Shown here: positions 14,901-25,514 of the stretch, one piece after another
Position numbering within the stretch: the first letter of the stretch is position 1
Layout: each line of letters opens with the position of its first letter
Origin: Paraspadella gotoi
Taxonomy: Eukaryota; Animalia; Chaetognatha
Assembly: GCA_051294375.1 (NCBI GenBank)
Contig: CM119268.1
Location: 17,571,132-17,635,131, forward strand
Length of the DNA: 64,000 bases
Reading direction: 5' to 3'
Position numbers and translations under genes: made by a program
The notes under the pieces: model-generated
The model's database searches: none
Told to the model about the DNA's origin: nothing
What the model saw: only the letters and a program-made list of their open reading frames with translations

Positions 14901-17349
14901 CGCGGGACGGGGCGTTTAGAGGAAGAAAGAGATTTTTTAGCAGGGAGAAGGGCGGCGGACGTTTTTTTTTTGTATTTTCATGATTATAGAGAGAAAAGAA
15001 AATCAGGGAGACTAAGAGAACATAGATTTAGGATTTAGATCTACTTGAGTTTGCGACGACGCCGTTTTTCCTGATTTCGAAAATCGGATTCTTGTTTTCT
15101 CTAATTCGCCCTTGACCTTCGGCGTAGGTGTCTTGATGATAGCTGGGGTTGTCAAGGTTAGATAGTAATTAATTAATTATTAATAAATGATATTTATCAA
15201 ACTTATTTATTTAAAGAATACATATAATATAAGACTTGACCCAAGAACATGGTTCATGGAGGACGAAAAGACCGAAAGAAGATGTACAGCAAGAAGTACA
15301 ATTGGGCCAAGATCGCTGTTGGCGTCTTCCCCGCCCATGGCCTAAAAACCGGGATTAACAAATAGTATTGCAATATTGACGATTTTTTTTAGATTTGTAT
15401 TAAAAACTTAAAACTTCTACACGGCAAGTCCAAAGTCTCCGAGGATGTGATGCGAAGTGTGCGTGAAAGATGCAATTCTTGATGTTGGAGGTAATCCTCG
15501 ATCTGCGGAACGTGACAGGCAATTGTGACAGAAATGATTCACAGTTACTCACCTCACAGATCTTTTTTAATTTAATTTTTATAGTAACAAGTTCGCGGGG
15601 TACACTATTATGAACAACAAACGCTCTAAGAACGTAGTTTGTACTGACGGTACTTTCGCACCTTCAGTCAACTAAACTATACTGGAATAAACAAAGAGAG
15701 GGCTTGTGGCATCGAAAAAAGGCAAAAAAGCCTTCAATGTGGAAACGCGAATTGTGATCAAGAGTTCGGGGAAAATACGCAAGGAGACGGGAATCAGGTA
15801 CCGTGATTTAATAAATTTATCTAAAAAAAACAGATTTTACTCGATCGCATTACCATAAGCTACCACCGCAGTCCAAAGTATTATCTAGCTGTAAGTACCA
15901 TTCCTGAGACTCAATTCCTCTTTCCTCTTCACATCTACTAAAAAAAAGAATGATTCCCCTCTGACCTTACGTCACGCCCACCCACACAACACTGTCCAAA
16001 TAAGGCGTAAGTAAAATTTCTAAATCTAACTTTAAATTAAAATTCTAACAAGTGAGAAAAAGCGAACAACATCTATGGCTATGAAACATTTATGTAAGTC
16101 AAAAAGAATTTGATTATAATGAATTTTAAAATTTACGCAGTAAGCCATATTTAAATACAGTACAACCAATAACTGTTAAAATTTCAAAAACAGTTTTTGT
16201 TTTTAAGATGTTTTTTGCAGTTGGATTCGTCCATAAAAGTTTGATGAAAAGAAATATAACTCTTTTTTGAAAAATTCCTTCATTAAAGTATGGGTTCACA
16301 AAAATTGTAGAAAAAAGCTATATTTTAAGTTGAATTAACTTTTTATATAAGTTGAAGATATATAGTGATTTTTTAATTTTTAAACCCACTTAATGAAAGA
16401 ATTTTTTAAAAATGTTTAATTTTTTCTTTATATCACTTTTGACGAGGAAATCAATCTGCAATCAAAATTAAGACAGAGACTATTTTGAAATTTTTCAATT
16501 TTATTAAGATAGTACTTATATATAAACTATACGTCTATATACTATAACTGCGAATTAAAAAAAACATAAAATTAAATTTTTTATAACAATAATGTTACTG
16601 ATGGTTGTTGTTCATAAATTGGACTTTTAGGAATTTTCGGTATGTAACTTTCACTACGCGCCTTAACTGTCCAATCCTTGATATTCCATCTTAAATAAAC
16701 CTCACCTGCGTGCCGAAGACGAAGTAACCCCAGTGACAGAATGCCAGGAACGAGATGAAGGAACCATGAGGGTGAACACGACCATGTCCTTTGCGCAGAC
16801 GAGAAAGAGGTTCACCGAGAGTTGGTTCATGCGTCTTGTTGAAGGAGATGTACTTGAAGATCTGTTGGGTGTGTTTGAAGGAGTGGGGGGAGATGGTTTG
16901 GGAAATGGAAGGGTGGGATTGTGATTGGCGGTGAACGGGCTCAAAGGTTTCAGATGATAACCCTTTTTTTTTTTGGCTAACTTTATTCCTATCATACCAA
17001 CTTATGGGTCAATTTGGTCAAAATAGTTTAATTCATTCATTTTTTTTTGGTGGGGTCGGCAAATTGAGCCAAGTTCACCCGCGCCTTAATATCCGGTATA
17101 TATTTTCTTTCTCTCTTCACCTCCTCTTGGCTGCCTCATCCACGAAGTCGACTATTCCTCCGATCCTGTCTCTCCGCCTTACACGATAAAGCGAAGAACC
17201 TTACCTTGATCCAAGCGAAGAAGATGGCGAAAGCGGGCGGGACGATGTCATTGAGAACTGCGGGGGGTCTGCACAGTAATGCCACGAGGAACTTAGAAAT
17301 CGGGGAAGACATCCGGTTTGGCTGGAAAGGTTCTCAGAAGTTGGCTGAC
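11950..17349 (-). CDS. PKD2: Polycystin-2 family (PKD2/PKD2L, TRPP) cation channel, 3' half; exons disrupted by small indels (likely sequencing error; pseudogene not excluded)
   Basis: Collinear exons match PKD2 motifs after allowing frameshifts: 17349-17205 (..PDF..NDIV..AIFFAWIK), 16861-16706 (IFKYISFNKT-MNQLS..CAKDM..FLAF..GYFVFGTQ), 15502-~15421 (IEDY.NIKNCIF..RI.LGDFD), 15341-15241 (AN..GPI.F..YIFF..F..MNMFL), 15142-~15060 (AII.DTYAEVK), ~14640-14544, 14164-14092 (..WRKD), 13799-13732 (TKYDQDG, EF-hand), 13218-13115, and a probable coiled-coil exon at ~12205-11950. Most boundaries are GT-AG. The 5' part is lost at the 100-N gap 17693-17792 and the 3' end is approximate. Confidence 0.85.
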
Positions 17350-17792
17350 CTGGATAGGTTCGGTTAGACGTTAATTAGTCAATACATAAATGCAGATACA
17401 TTGATAGGTCAAATTTTGGTTGAAAATTTACCCGCGTCAAATCGGAATTTATCAAATTTATCAAATTACTTCCTTAACACGCTCCGTTGAAACCATCAAT
17501 TAATCAATTAAAAATTCAATCAGTTTATTATAGGCCAATCGGTTGTACCAATTATTCGATCATGCAATTAAACCAAATTGTAAATTTAACCAATCAATCC
17601 GAGAAATCGATCAAAAAATCATTTTAGGCCTTAATTAATCGATTAAATAAATAAATCATCAAGTCTCTCGTGTTAACATTTTAAAATCATTANNNNNNNN
17701 NNNNNNNNNNNNNNNNNNNNNNNNNNNNNNNNNNNNNNNNNNNNNNNNNNNNNNNNNNNNNNNNNNNNNNNNNNNNNNNNNNNNNNNNNNNN

Positions 17793-18055
17793 TTCAAAAT
17801 GAAAAATACCAAAATACATAAAATACTTTATAAAATAAGTGTACAATTGACAGTTGGAACATGGAGACGGGAGGAAGACCGAGGATGCTGGGAGAAGAAG
17901 CTCCAACTGTCGATTAGGTCGACAGGGGGGTTTTATTTTTTTTTTTATTATTTATTAAATTATGAAAGTTGAAAAAATGATGAAAGTTAAAAAAAATGAT
18001 GCGAATTGTAAAAATGATGTAAATTGAAAAAATGATGAGTTGAAAAATTATGGAA
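17793..18055 (+). repeat. Second copy of the repeat segment at 19991-20273 (HINE-like internal region)
   Basis: Near-identical to 19991-20273 (AAGTGTACAATTGACAGTTGGA...GCTCCAACTGTCGATTAGGTCGACAGGGGG...GAAAAAATGATG units), with a few substitutions and one indel. Confidence 0.85.
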
Positions 18056-18100
18056 AAATTAGGGACTGTCTAGATTGCCAGAGGGCAAAAGTAATGCGCC

Positions 18101-18715
18101 TCGCTCGGAGGCGTGCCACTTTGACTCTAAGATTCGAAAGTTGCGCCGTCACTGTTGTTGTAAGGCTGCGTTGTCGAGTTGAAAGTCGTCGACGATGCAT
18201 CTGAGGACGCTAATGCCTTCCCCGAAGACCATGTCCGCCGCTGACGCGCCGATGTCTTCTTTTATTGTTGTTCTTATCGCTAGAAGAGTCATCGGCAATT
18301 TCCAAAACCATTTGTCTCGATTTTTCTTTGCTAAGGCGATGAGCGATTCTTTGAGTTGCCTGTGAAAGCTGATGCTTTATGATGCTTTATCCCCCATTGT
18401 TTCATCAGTTGTCTCCACAAAGCTGAGTTGAATTGTGTTCCCCTGTCTGTAGTGATTACAGACGGTGTACCGAATACACTTATCCACTCGAGGCTCAAAG
18501 CGTCTAAGATCGTTGAAGTGAGGGTGTTGGGAATTGGGATGGCAGCCGGCCATCTGAGAAACAGTGGCGCATTACTTTTGCCCTCTGGCAATCTAGACAG
18601 TCCCTGGCCCACTTTGAAACATCTTGACGCATGTTATTCCAACAAATTTTGCGGAGATGGCTTTTCTTGTCGCGTCCACGCCTGGGTGCCCTAATCCATG
18701 TATAACGTTGAATAT
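18101..18715 (-). mobile_element. Decayed Ty3/Gypsy LTR-retrotransposon integrase fragment
   Basis: HHCC zinc finger IHGLGHPGVDATRKAISAKFV/WNNMRQDVSKWARDCLDCQRAKVMRH (frameshifted). Core RWPAAIP..WISVFGTPSVITTDRGTQFNSALW..GIKH. C-terminal WKLPMTLLAIRTTIKEDIGASAADMVFG. Internal deletions and frameshifts. Confidence 0.9.
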
Positions 18716-19350
18716 TTTTCTTGCGGGATCGACGACTATGTGCTCTTGATTATGTCTCATTAGCACCTGTATAACTTTAGAGTATTTGATTCTACTGGAT
18801 CGCTATACTCTGTNNNNNNNNNNNNNNNNNNNNNNNNNCGGCGACATCCGCTCATCAAAAATTTTTATCCATTTCCCGACAATGTGAATTTAACAATTAA
18901 TCTAATAATAATAATAATAATAATGACCCGGCTACAAGGGGGGCCTGCTCATTTTGAGCTCTATCATAATTCTTAATTTTTCACTTTAACAGTCACTTTT
19001 CTATCCCTCACAAAAAAAATGTATCATTTCACATTTAAAAACTTTCTTTCCTTTCATTACTATCTATTTATTATTAGATTAATTGTTAAATTCACTATTA
19101 GTTTAAACTTATTCCTGGTTGTACATTGCACAATGTATTATTTTGTCTCTCTCTCTCTCCCTCTCTCCTTCTCTCTCTCTTTTACCATTTGACCATTTCA
19201 CTTCTTTTCACAACTGATCTGTCCTCAACTTAAACTGTACTCATTCTTTAAACCACTATCTCTGTGTTGGAAACTTTTTGCCCTCTCTCTCTTTCTTTCT
19301 CTCTCTCTCTCTCTCTCCCTTCTTTTGCACAAATTTGTAAATGTTTATTA

Positions 19351-19390
19351 ACGCTGATGAAGGCTCGAAAAAGAGTTGAAACATGTCCAT
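19351..19390 (+). ncRNA. Degenerate minimal type I hammerhead ribozyme, Penelope-like-element type
   Basis: ACG-CTGATGA-A-GGCTC-GAAAAA-GAGTT-GAAA-CATG-TC-CAT: catalytic core boxes, stem II with G-U pairs, palindromic ACATGT stem III and a GTC cleavage triplet. Stem I is weak. Confidence 0.5.
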
Positions 19391-19459
19391 ACTAAAATAA
19401 AATTGTTGAAGAACTTATTTTCGAACTTTGCTTAAATATATTTAACCATATATTACAAC

Positions 19460-19799
19460 ATTATAGAAATAATTCATCCATTGTTGGATTTGAACCGTCA
19501 AACTCAAGTTCTGAGTGACTTGAGCTACAGGTCTGGGCCACTCACTTGGCCCTGATTTCTCAGCAATTTTGTTTTCATTTAAAGCTTTAATTCTCGATTT
19601 AGAAATCTTTTATTTTTCTTAAAACAGTTGCTCTGTTCACCAAAAGATGTCTTGGCGCCATTTGTTTTTAAAGTTTTAAATAGGTTTAGATTCTCTGAGG
19701 AATCAGGGCCATCTGGATGGCTCTGAGTTGTAACTCAGGTTGTCCAGAGCTTGAGTTCGATGGTTCGAATCCCATAAGTGGAGGAATTATTTCTGTAAT
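19460..19799. mobile_element. Inverted pair of diverged tRNA-derived (SINE-head-like) units: 19460-19563 (-) and 19695-19799 (+)
   Basis: The arms align over about 105 bp in reverse complement. B-boxes GGTTCAAATCC and GGTTCGAATCC, A-box-like TGGCCCAG/TGGCTCTGAG, shared GAATTATTTCT tail. No complete cloverleaf. Confidence 0.55.
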
Positions 19800-19974
19800 A
19801 GATTTGATTCACTCGAGTGGCTCCATGCCCCCCTGTTATAATATACGGTCTTAAATATTAGAACAAAATAATTGTTGTCGTCTATCTCGAGTGATTGAAC
19901 AGAATGTTGATAAATAATATAGTAATGCTATTAAAATATAATAATATTCACAACCAGGTCTCTGTACCGGTTTA

Positions 19975-20412
19975 AACATGCAAAAACGTTTTCAAAATGA
20001 AAAATACCAAAATTACAAAAATTCAAAAAATTCCAAAATACATAAAATACTTTATATAATAAGTGTACAATTGACAGTTGGAGCGCGGAGACGGGAGGAA
20101 GACCGAGGATGCCGGGAGAAGAAGCTCCAACTGTCGATTAGGTCGACAGGGGGGTTTTATTTTTTTTTATTATTTATTAAATTATGAAAGTTGAAAAAAT
20201 GATGCAAGTTAAAAAAAATGATGCGAATTGTAAAAATGATGTAAATTGAAAAAATGATGAGTTGAAAAATTATGTGCGTGAAAAAAATTATGCAAGTTAA
20301 AAAAATGATGCGAGTTAAAAAATTTTAAAAAAATATTTTGAATTATCATCTGATTAGCAGATTACCGTTTAATTATTGTAGGCAGATCCAACATTGTTTG
20401 CTCAAACTTGTT
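19975..20412 (+). mobile_element. HINE/Helentron-like element, 3' part
   Basis: TGTAGGCAGATCC (20377-20389) is the inverted match (11/13) of GGATCTGCTTATA at 9797. It is followed by an imperfect hairpin AACATTGTTTG-CT-CAAACTTGTT ending in TT and preceded by ~18-bp GTTGAAAAAATGATG tandem units. Confidence 0.55.
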
Positions 20413-20630
20413 AAAGATTAAGCGTATCTGTCAGTATTTGAAGCACATAAATACTGAAAATACTAAATATACACACATAGACACACACGCACACTCTCTC
20501 TCTCTCTTTCTCTCTCTCTACTCAAACCGTTTACCTTCTACATAAGTTTTAGCCAGTTTAAAACATTTTTAATATCTAACTTAATGCCTAAAGCCTAAAG
20601 CCTCACTCAGATAAATGTTCAATGTTCAAT

Positions 20631-20681
<51 letters not shown>

Positions 20682-21183
20682 CACTTAAAATTCGGGTCTA
20701 TTTTTCCACAAAAGAAAAAAATATTGAAAAGAAAATTAAAACCATTTTTTTTCTTTCTCGCTCGTCATGAAAAATTTTCTTCCCGTTTCGATTTCCAATT
20801 TCGAGGATATAATTTCGAATTGAAATGACTGAACAAAGATAGGGTGGCCCTAAAATTAAAAATATTATGTAGTATGTAACTTTATATTGTGAGCTGTTAT
20901 AAAATTACTGGGAAGAAGTAACAAACTGAAAAAGAATAAAGAGAGAATGGAAAAGCGGGTTGCAGGTTGACAGAAAATAGATGAAAAAAAAAGAAAGAAA
21001 GAAAAAGTCAAAAGAAAGAAAAAGGAGAGAAATTACATCGGGAAACGATAAAGAAAAGCAAATTTTCGCGTTAATGCGTTTTTATTTTGTGTTTTTCTCT
21101 GTTTTATATTCTTCGTTTCTTTTTTTATTAATACCATTCTTTGATTACATATACCCTCTCGGCGGGCGGGCGGGCGATGGGGA

Positions 21184-21252
<69 letters not shown>

Positions 21253-21459
21253 GAGAGAGAGATGAAGGGTATAAACTCGAAATGGTTTTTATGAATCTGC
21301 GACGGGATAATTTTGGCGCCAAAGACTCAGTTCGCCGATTGAGGGGATAAAGAAGATGGAGGGAAACGCGACCGAAATGAATAAAGGGGAAGGTTGAGTG
21401 GGAGACTGCTAGAGGCGCTGGCAGTAGGCGATGATACGAGATCATGGAGGACGACTATG

Positions 21460-21810
21460 ACATGTAATTTAAGACGCCAATGAAAGCCGCGGATGTAAGG
21501 CGTAATGAAAGCCGCGGATATAAGACGAAAATGTAGGGCACGGACGTAAGTTGCCTTTGTAAGCCGCGGATGTAAGGCGCCAATGTAAGCCGCGAATGTG
21601 AGGCGCCAATGTAAGGAACGGATCTAGGATGCCAATGTAAGGCGCTGATTTTGGGCGTCAATATAAGTGCCAATGTTAGCTGAAGGTATAAGATGCCATT
21701 GTAAAGCTAAGATTTATAGATTATTTTCGGACGCCAATGTAAGTCGCGAATATAAGGCGCCAATGTAAGGCGTGTATGTAGAGAATCAAATTAAGGCGCC
21801 TATGTAAGCG
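21460..21810. repeat. Degenerate minisatellite, unit about ATGTAAGGCGCCA/ATGTAAGCCGCGG
   Basis: Many repeated TGTAAG(G/C)CG.. units are visible in tandem. Confidence 0.85.
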
Positions 21811-22527
21811 CTAATTTTAGGTGTGGATTTCGGGTGCCGAGCTAATATGCGGGTGAAAGGTAACGATTTAAAACTTCGAAGAGGTGGAAAGTCCAAATAT
21901 TGTTTCAAATACGAGCAGCAAACAAATAGAAAAATTTTAAATGTCACTGATGCTGATCAATGTAGAAGATCCTGGCCACTAATTGATAGAAAAAAGTGGA
22001 GAAAAAATAGCTAAATAAAAATGATTTTTTTTTACTATAAAATGTTCATAGTCATTAAAATAACTTGGATAAAGAAGTTTGTTGCGGTTAAAGGTAGTAA
22101 AATGACAATGAAGGAAAGTCTGATACTCTGAGCAGAATGCCTATGCTGCAAAGCGTGCAGCAATGAACGATGTTGGGTGCGTCACACAGTCGAATTTTTT
22201 TCTTAAACTCAATCATGAGTAGTTTGACGTTAATTGTCGCTACTGCAGTGGTAATCTGTCTGTCCCTTTGTAAGTATCTGTATTTTTATCTTAGTTTACA
22301 TGTAGTAACCCTTTTTTATAGCGTGACCCATTCTCATTGCAAAGTAACCTAATCTCTATTGTAGTTTAGCTGCCAAACAGAAAGACTGTGGCTTGGCAAC
22401 GAGCAGTCACGACGCTGCTCCCTCTGCGACTCAAAGAACATCTGTAAATGGCGCAGGATACTACGCTCGTACGTGACAACGAAAACGGCCTCTTCCCGGT
22501 TCTTCGGTTTTTAGCCCATAACGATTA

Positions 22528-22638
<111 letters not shown>

Positions 22639-23426
22639 AAACTCTTTCCACCATCACACGCACAAAAAATCTTTTTCCCTCTTTGTGAAAAAAAAAATCG
22701 GGAAAAGGCTGGAAAATAAAGGGCGAGAGGGAAGGAATCAGGGAAACGCATTAGGACTTGGGAAGTTTGGGGTCACGGAGCAGCACTCCCCCCCCCCTTC
22801 ATCCCCCCTCGGGCTCCGGCCCCGGAAGCGGGGGTTGAATGCGTGTGGGAGATTCGAAAGGGTTGAGGGGTCGGATTTGATAAGGTGTGCGAAAGGGTTG
22901 TGACGGTTGTGTTAGTCCTTTACAGGTTTAATTCGAGCCACAAAATTTTTTATAGCCTTTTTTTCTTTTGGTGAAAGTTTGGAGTTGTTTACTAGAAATG
23001 TGGAAATTGGATTTTTTCTTAAATTTTCGCGGAGATTTTATTTTATTATTCTTTAATTTAATGTTTAGGGTTTCCAAGAGGAATTTTCAGTGAACTAAGG
23101 AAAAATGAATTAAAAAAAAAAAGAGACTGAAGATAAAAGATTAATTCTAATCTGATCCAGAATTCTACAAATTTATCACTACCGAGATTCGCCGGTAAGT
23201 GAACACACACCTGGCCCTTTCTCCCGAAAATGGTTTCTAGGGTTGGTCCCTCTTCAATTGGTTTCCATGGAGATTGAGCGACAGAGCGAAAGCGAGAAAA
23301 AAAAAAAAGTAGGCGTGGCTCGTGAAAGCCAGGGATAAAACTGGATGGAGGAGAATTTTTGAGTTGAAAAAATGAGGAATGTTGATGGTGATGAGAAATG
23401 GCGAGGTTTTATCGCCGGTGGGAGGA

Positions 23427-23474
<48 letters not shown>

Positions 23475-24356
23475 TTAAAACGGAGTGAGAGGAAGTAAAA
23501 AATGCATAATGGATAACGGGAGGGCGGATTTGTTCTTAGGAAAGGAGGATGACCGCAAGTCCAGCATTCGATTCTGCGCCGAATTTGTGGGGAGAAGAGA
23601 TGAGATGAGAAGTTGAGAAGAGGGAAAGAGATGCGGAGATGAGGAGATGGAAAAAAGAGGAAATGAGATGAGGAGATAAGGAGATGAGGAAAAGAAATGT
23701 GGAGATAAGTATATGAGGAAAAGAGTTGAGAAGATGAAAAGATGAAAAGATTAGGAAGAGAGATGAGGAGATGAAAAGATGAGGAAGAGAGATGAGGAGA
23801 TGAGAATAGATGATGGGATGAAAAGTTAACACGTCGTTTGCTTTGTTTATTAGGATATATATGTAGTCGGGCATTGCATTACGTAATGTTATGATTAGGC
23901 CGGATTAAATGGATGGTTTGATTATCTTTGGAAGGAAAGGGTCATAGATACTTCATGCCGCAAACACTGTGCTACACTTTTAACCAATAACAAGTTACCG
24001 AACAATAGGAAGCGCTGTACTCCGTACTCGACCGACGCTCTTTCCAAAAAGTATAGTAAAGTTTTAATAAATGACTCTTCCCTTGAATTCATTATGGCTT
24101 TTTGTTAAAAAAAAAATGCTGCTTTTCTTTAATTAATTCTCTAAACAACTAATTCTTTAACTCAAAACTCAGCGAATTTTTCCGTTTTTTTCTCATGAAA
24201 AAAAGATAAAAAGAAAAAAAAGAGAGAAAAGCTTCGCCTTTTCTTTCGCTTCGTCCGACGGAACAAAAAAGTTGCGAGGGGCTATCGTCGAAATGATCTT
24301 TGCATTGTCGCAATTTTCGCTAATGAGAACATTACTACGCGCAACGACGCGACCAT

Positions 24357-24444
24357 TTTTTTTAGCTATGGTTAAAACTTACAAGAACAGACCGTCGAAT
24401 TAGAGAAGACTGAGAAAGAAGAGAAAGGAGAGAGAGAGAGCGAG

Positions 24445-24491
<47 letters not shown>

Positions 24492-25138
24492 GAGAGAGAG
24501 AGTGAAACATATGGTTCTAATAAGGAGGACAGCAAAGCGGAGACCAAAGGGGGATAAAGAGAAATGAAGTGGCATATGAAAAATTGAACGGGATTTTTTG
24601 TGAGAGGTTCAAGAAGAGGGAAGAAGAGGAGAACGCAAGCGATTTTCTGCTTCGTCGTAATGAGAAGAAAGAAGTGAGAGAGAGAGAGAGAGACAGAGAG
24701 GAGAAGAGAGAGAGAGGGGAGAGAGAGAGAGAGAGAGGAGAATTTAGGAGTCGAAGGTCACGGGAAATTAATGGAGAGCCTTCCGGAGAATATGGGGCCG
24801 AGAATTACNNNNNNNNNNNNNNNNNNNNNNNNNTAAATATTTCTTACAGGCTTATGTAAAAAAGTTATAAACAGTTGTCTTAAAAAAGAACATAAAAAAA
24901 ATCTCCCTCTTTATTCTGTTATACAGATACTGATATAGATTAGAGGTATGTAAATTTAAATTGTGTAAATATAAATAGTGCAATTTCATAACAATATTTT
25001 TTTTTACAAATATTGAAATATACACTGTACAGCATGACTAATAATCTGATGAGAACTAATTCATTGTAATTTTTGTTTTTTAGCTATGTTTAAACTTACA
25101 AGAAACAGACTTTTCGTCGAATTAAAGAAGACTGAGAA

Positions 25139-25215
<77 letters not shown>

Positions 25216-25514
25216 ACATATGGTTCTAATAAGGAGGACAGCAAAGCGGAGACCAAAGGGGGATAAAGAGAAATGAAGTGGCATATGAAAAATTGAACGG
25301 GATTTTTTGTGAGAGGTTCAAAAGAGGAAGAAGAGGAGAACGCAAGCGATTTTCTGCTTCGTCGTGAATGAGAAAGAGAGAGAGAGAGAGATGAGAGAGA
25401 AGAGAGGAGAAAGAGAGAGAGGAGAGAGAGAGAGAGAGAGAGGAAGATTTAGGAGTCGAAAGTCACGTGAAATTAATGGAGAGCTTCCGGTAGGAATTAT
25501 GGGCCGAGAATTTA
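24357..25514. repeat. Tandem duplication 24357-24808 / 25077-25514 across a 25-N gap
   Basis: Shared sequence TTAGCTATG..GTGAAACATATGGTTCTAATAAGGAGGACAGCAAAGCGGAGACC..GGGCCGAGAATT; the copies differ mainly by indels. Confidence 0.9.

Noticed and set aside
17205-17312. ATG-initiated, signal-peptide-like reading MSSPISKFLVALLC..
   Set aside because: PKD2 similarity extends upstream in another frame to the acceptor at 17350, so this is an internal exon.
19695-19799. Possible functional tRNA gene
   Set aside because: A B-box is present but the acceptor stem and 7-nt anticodon loop cannot be formed; treated as a tRNA-derived repeat.
21460-21810. Regular repeats (also 32280, 35165, 57128, 58990) considered as CRISPR-like arrays
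   Set aside because: Contiguous degenerate units without unique spacers, eukaryotic context, and no cas genes.
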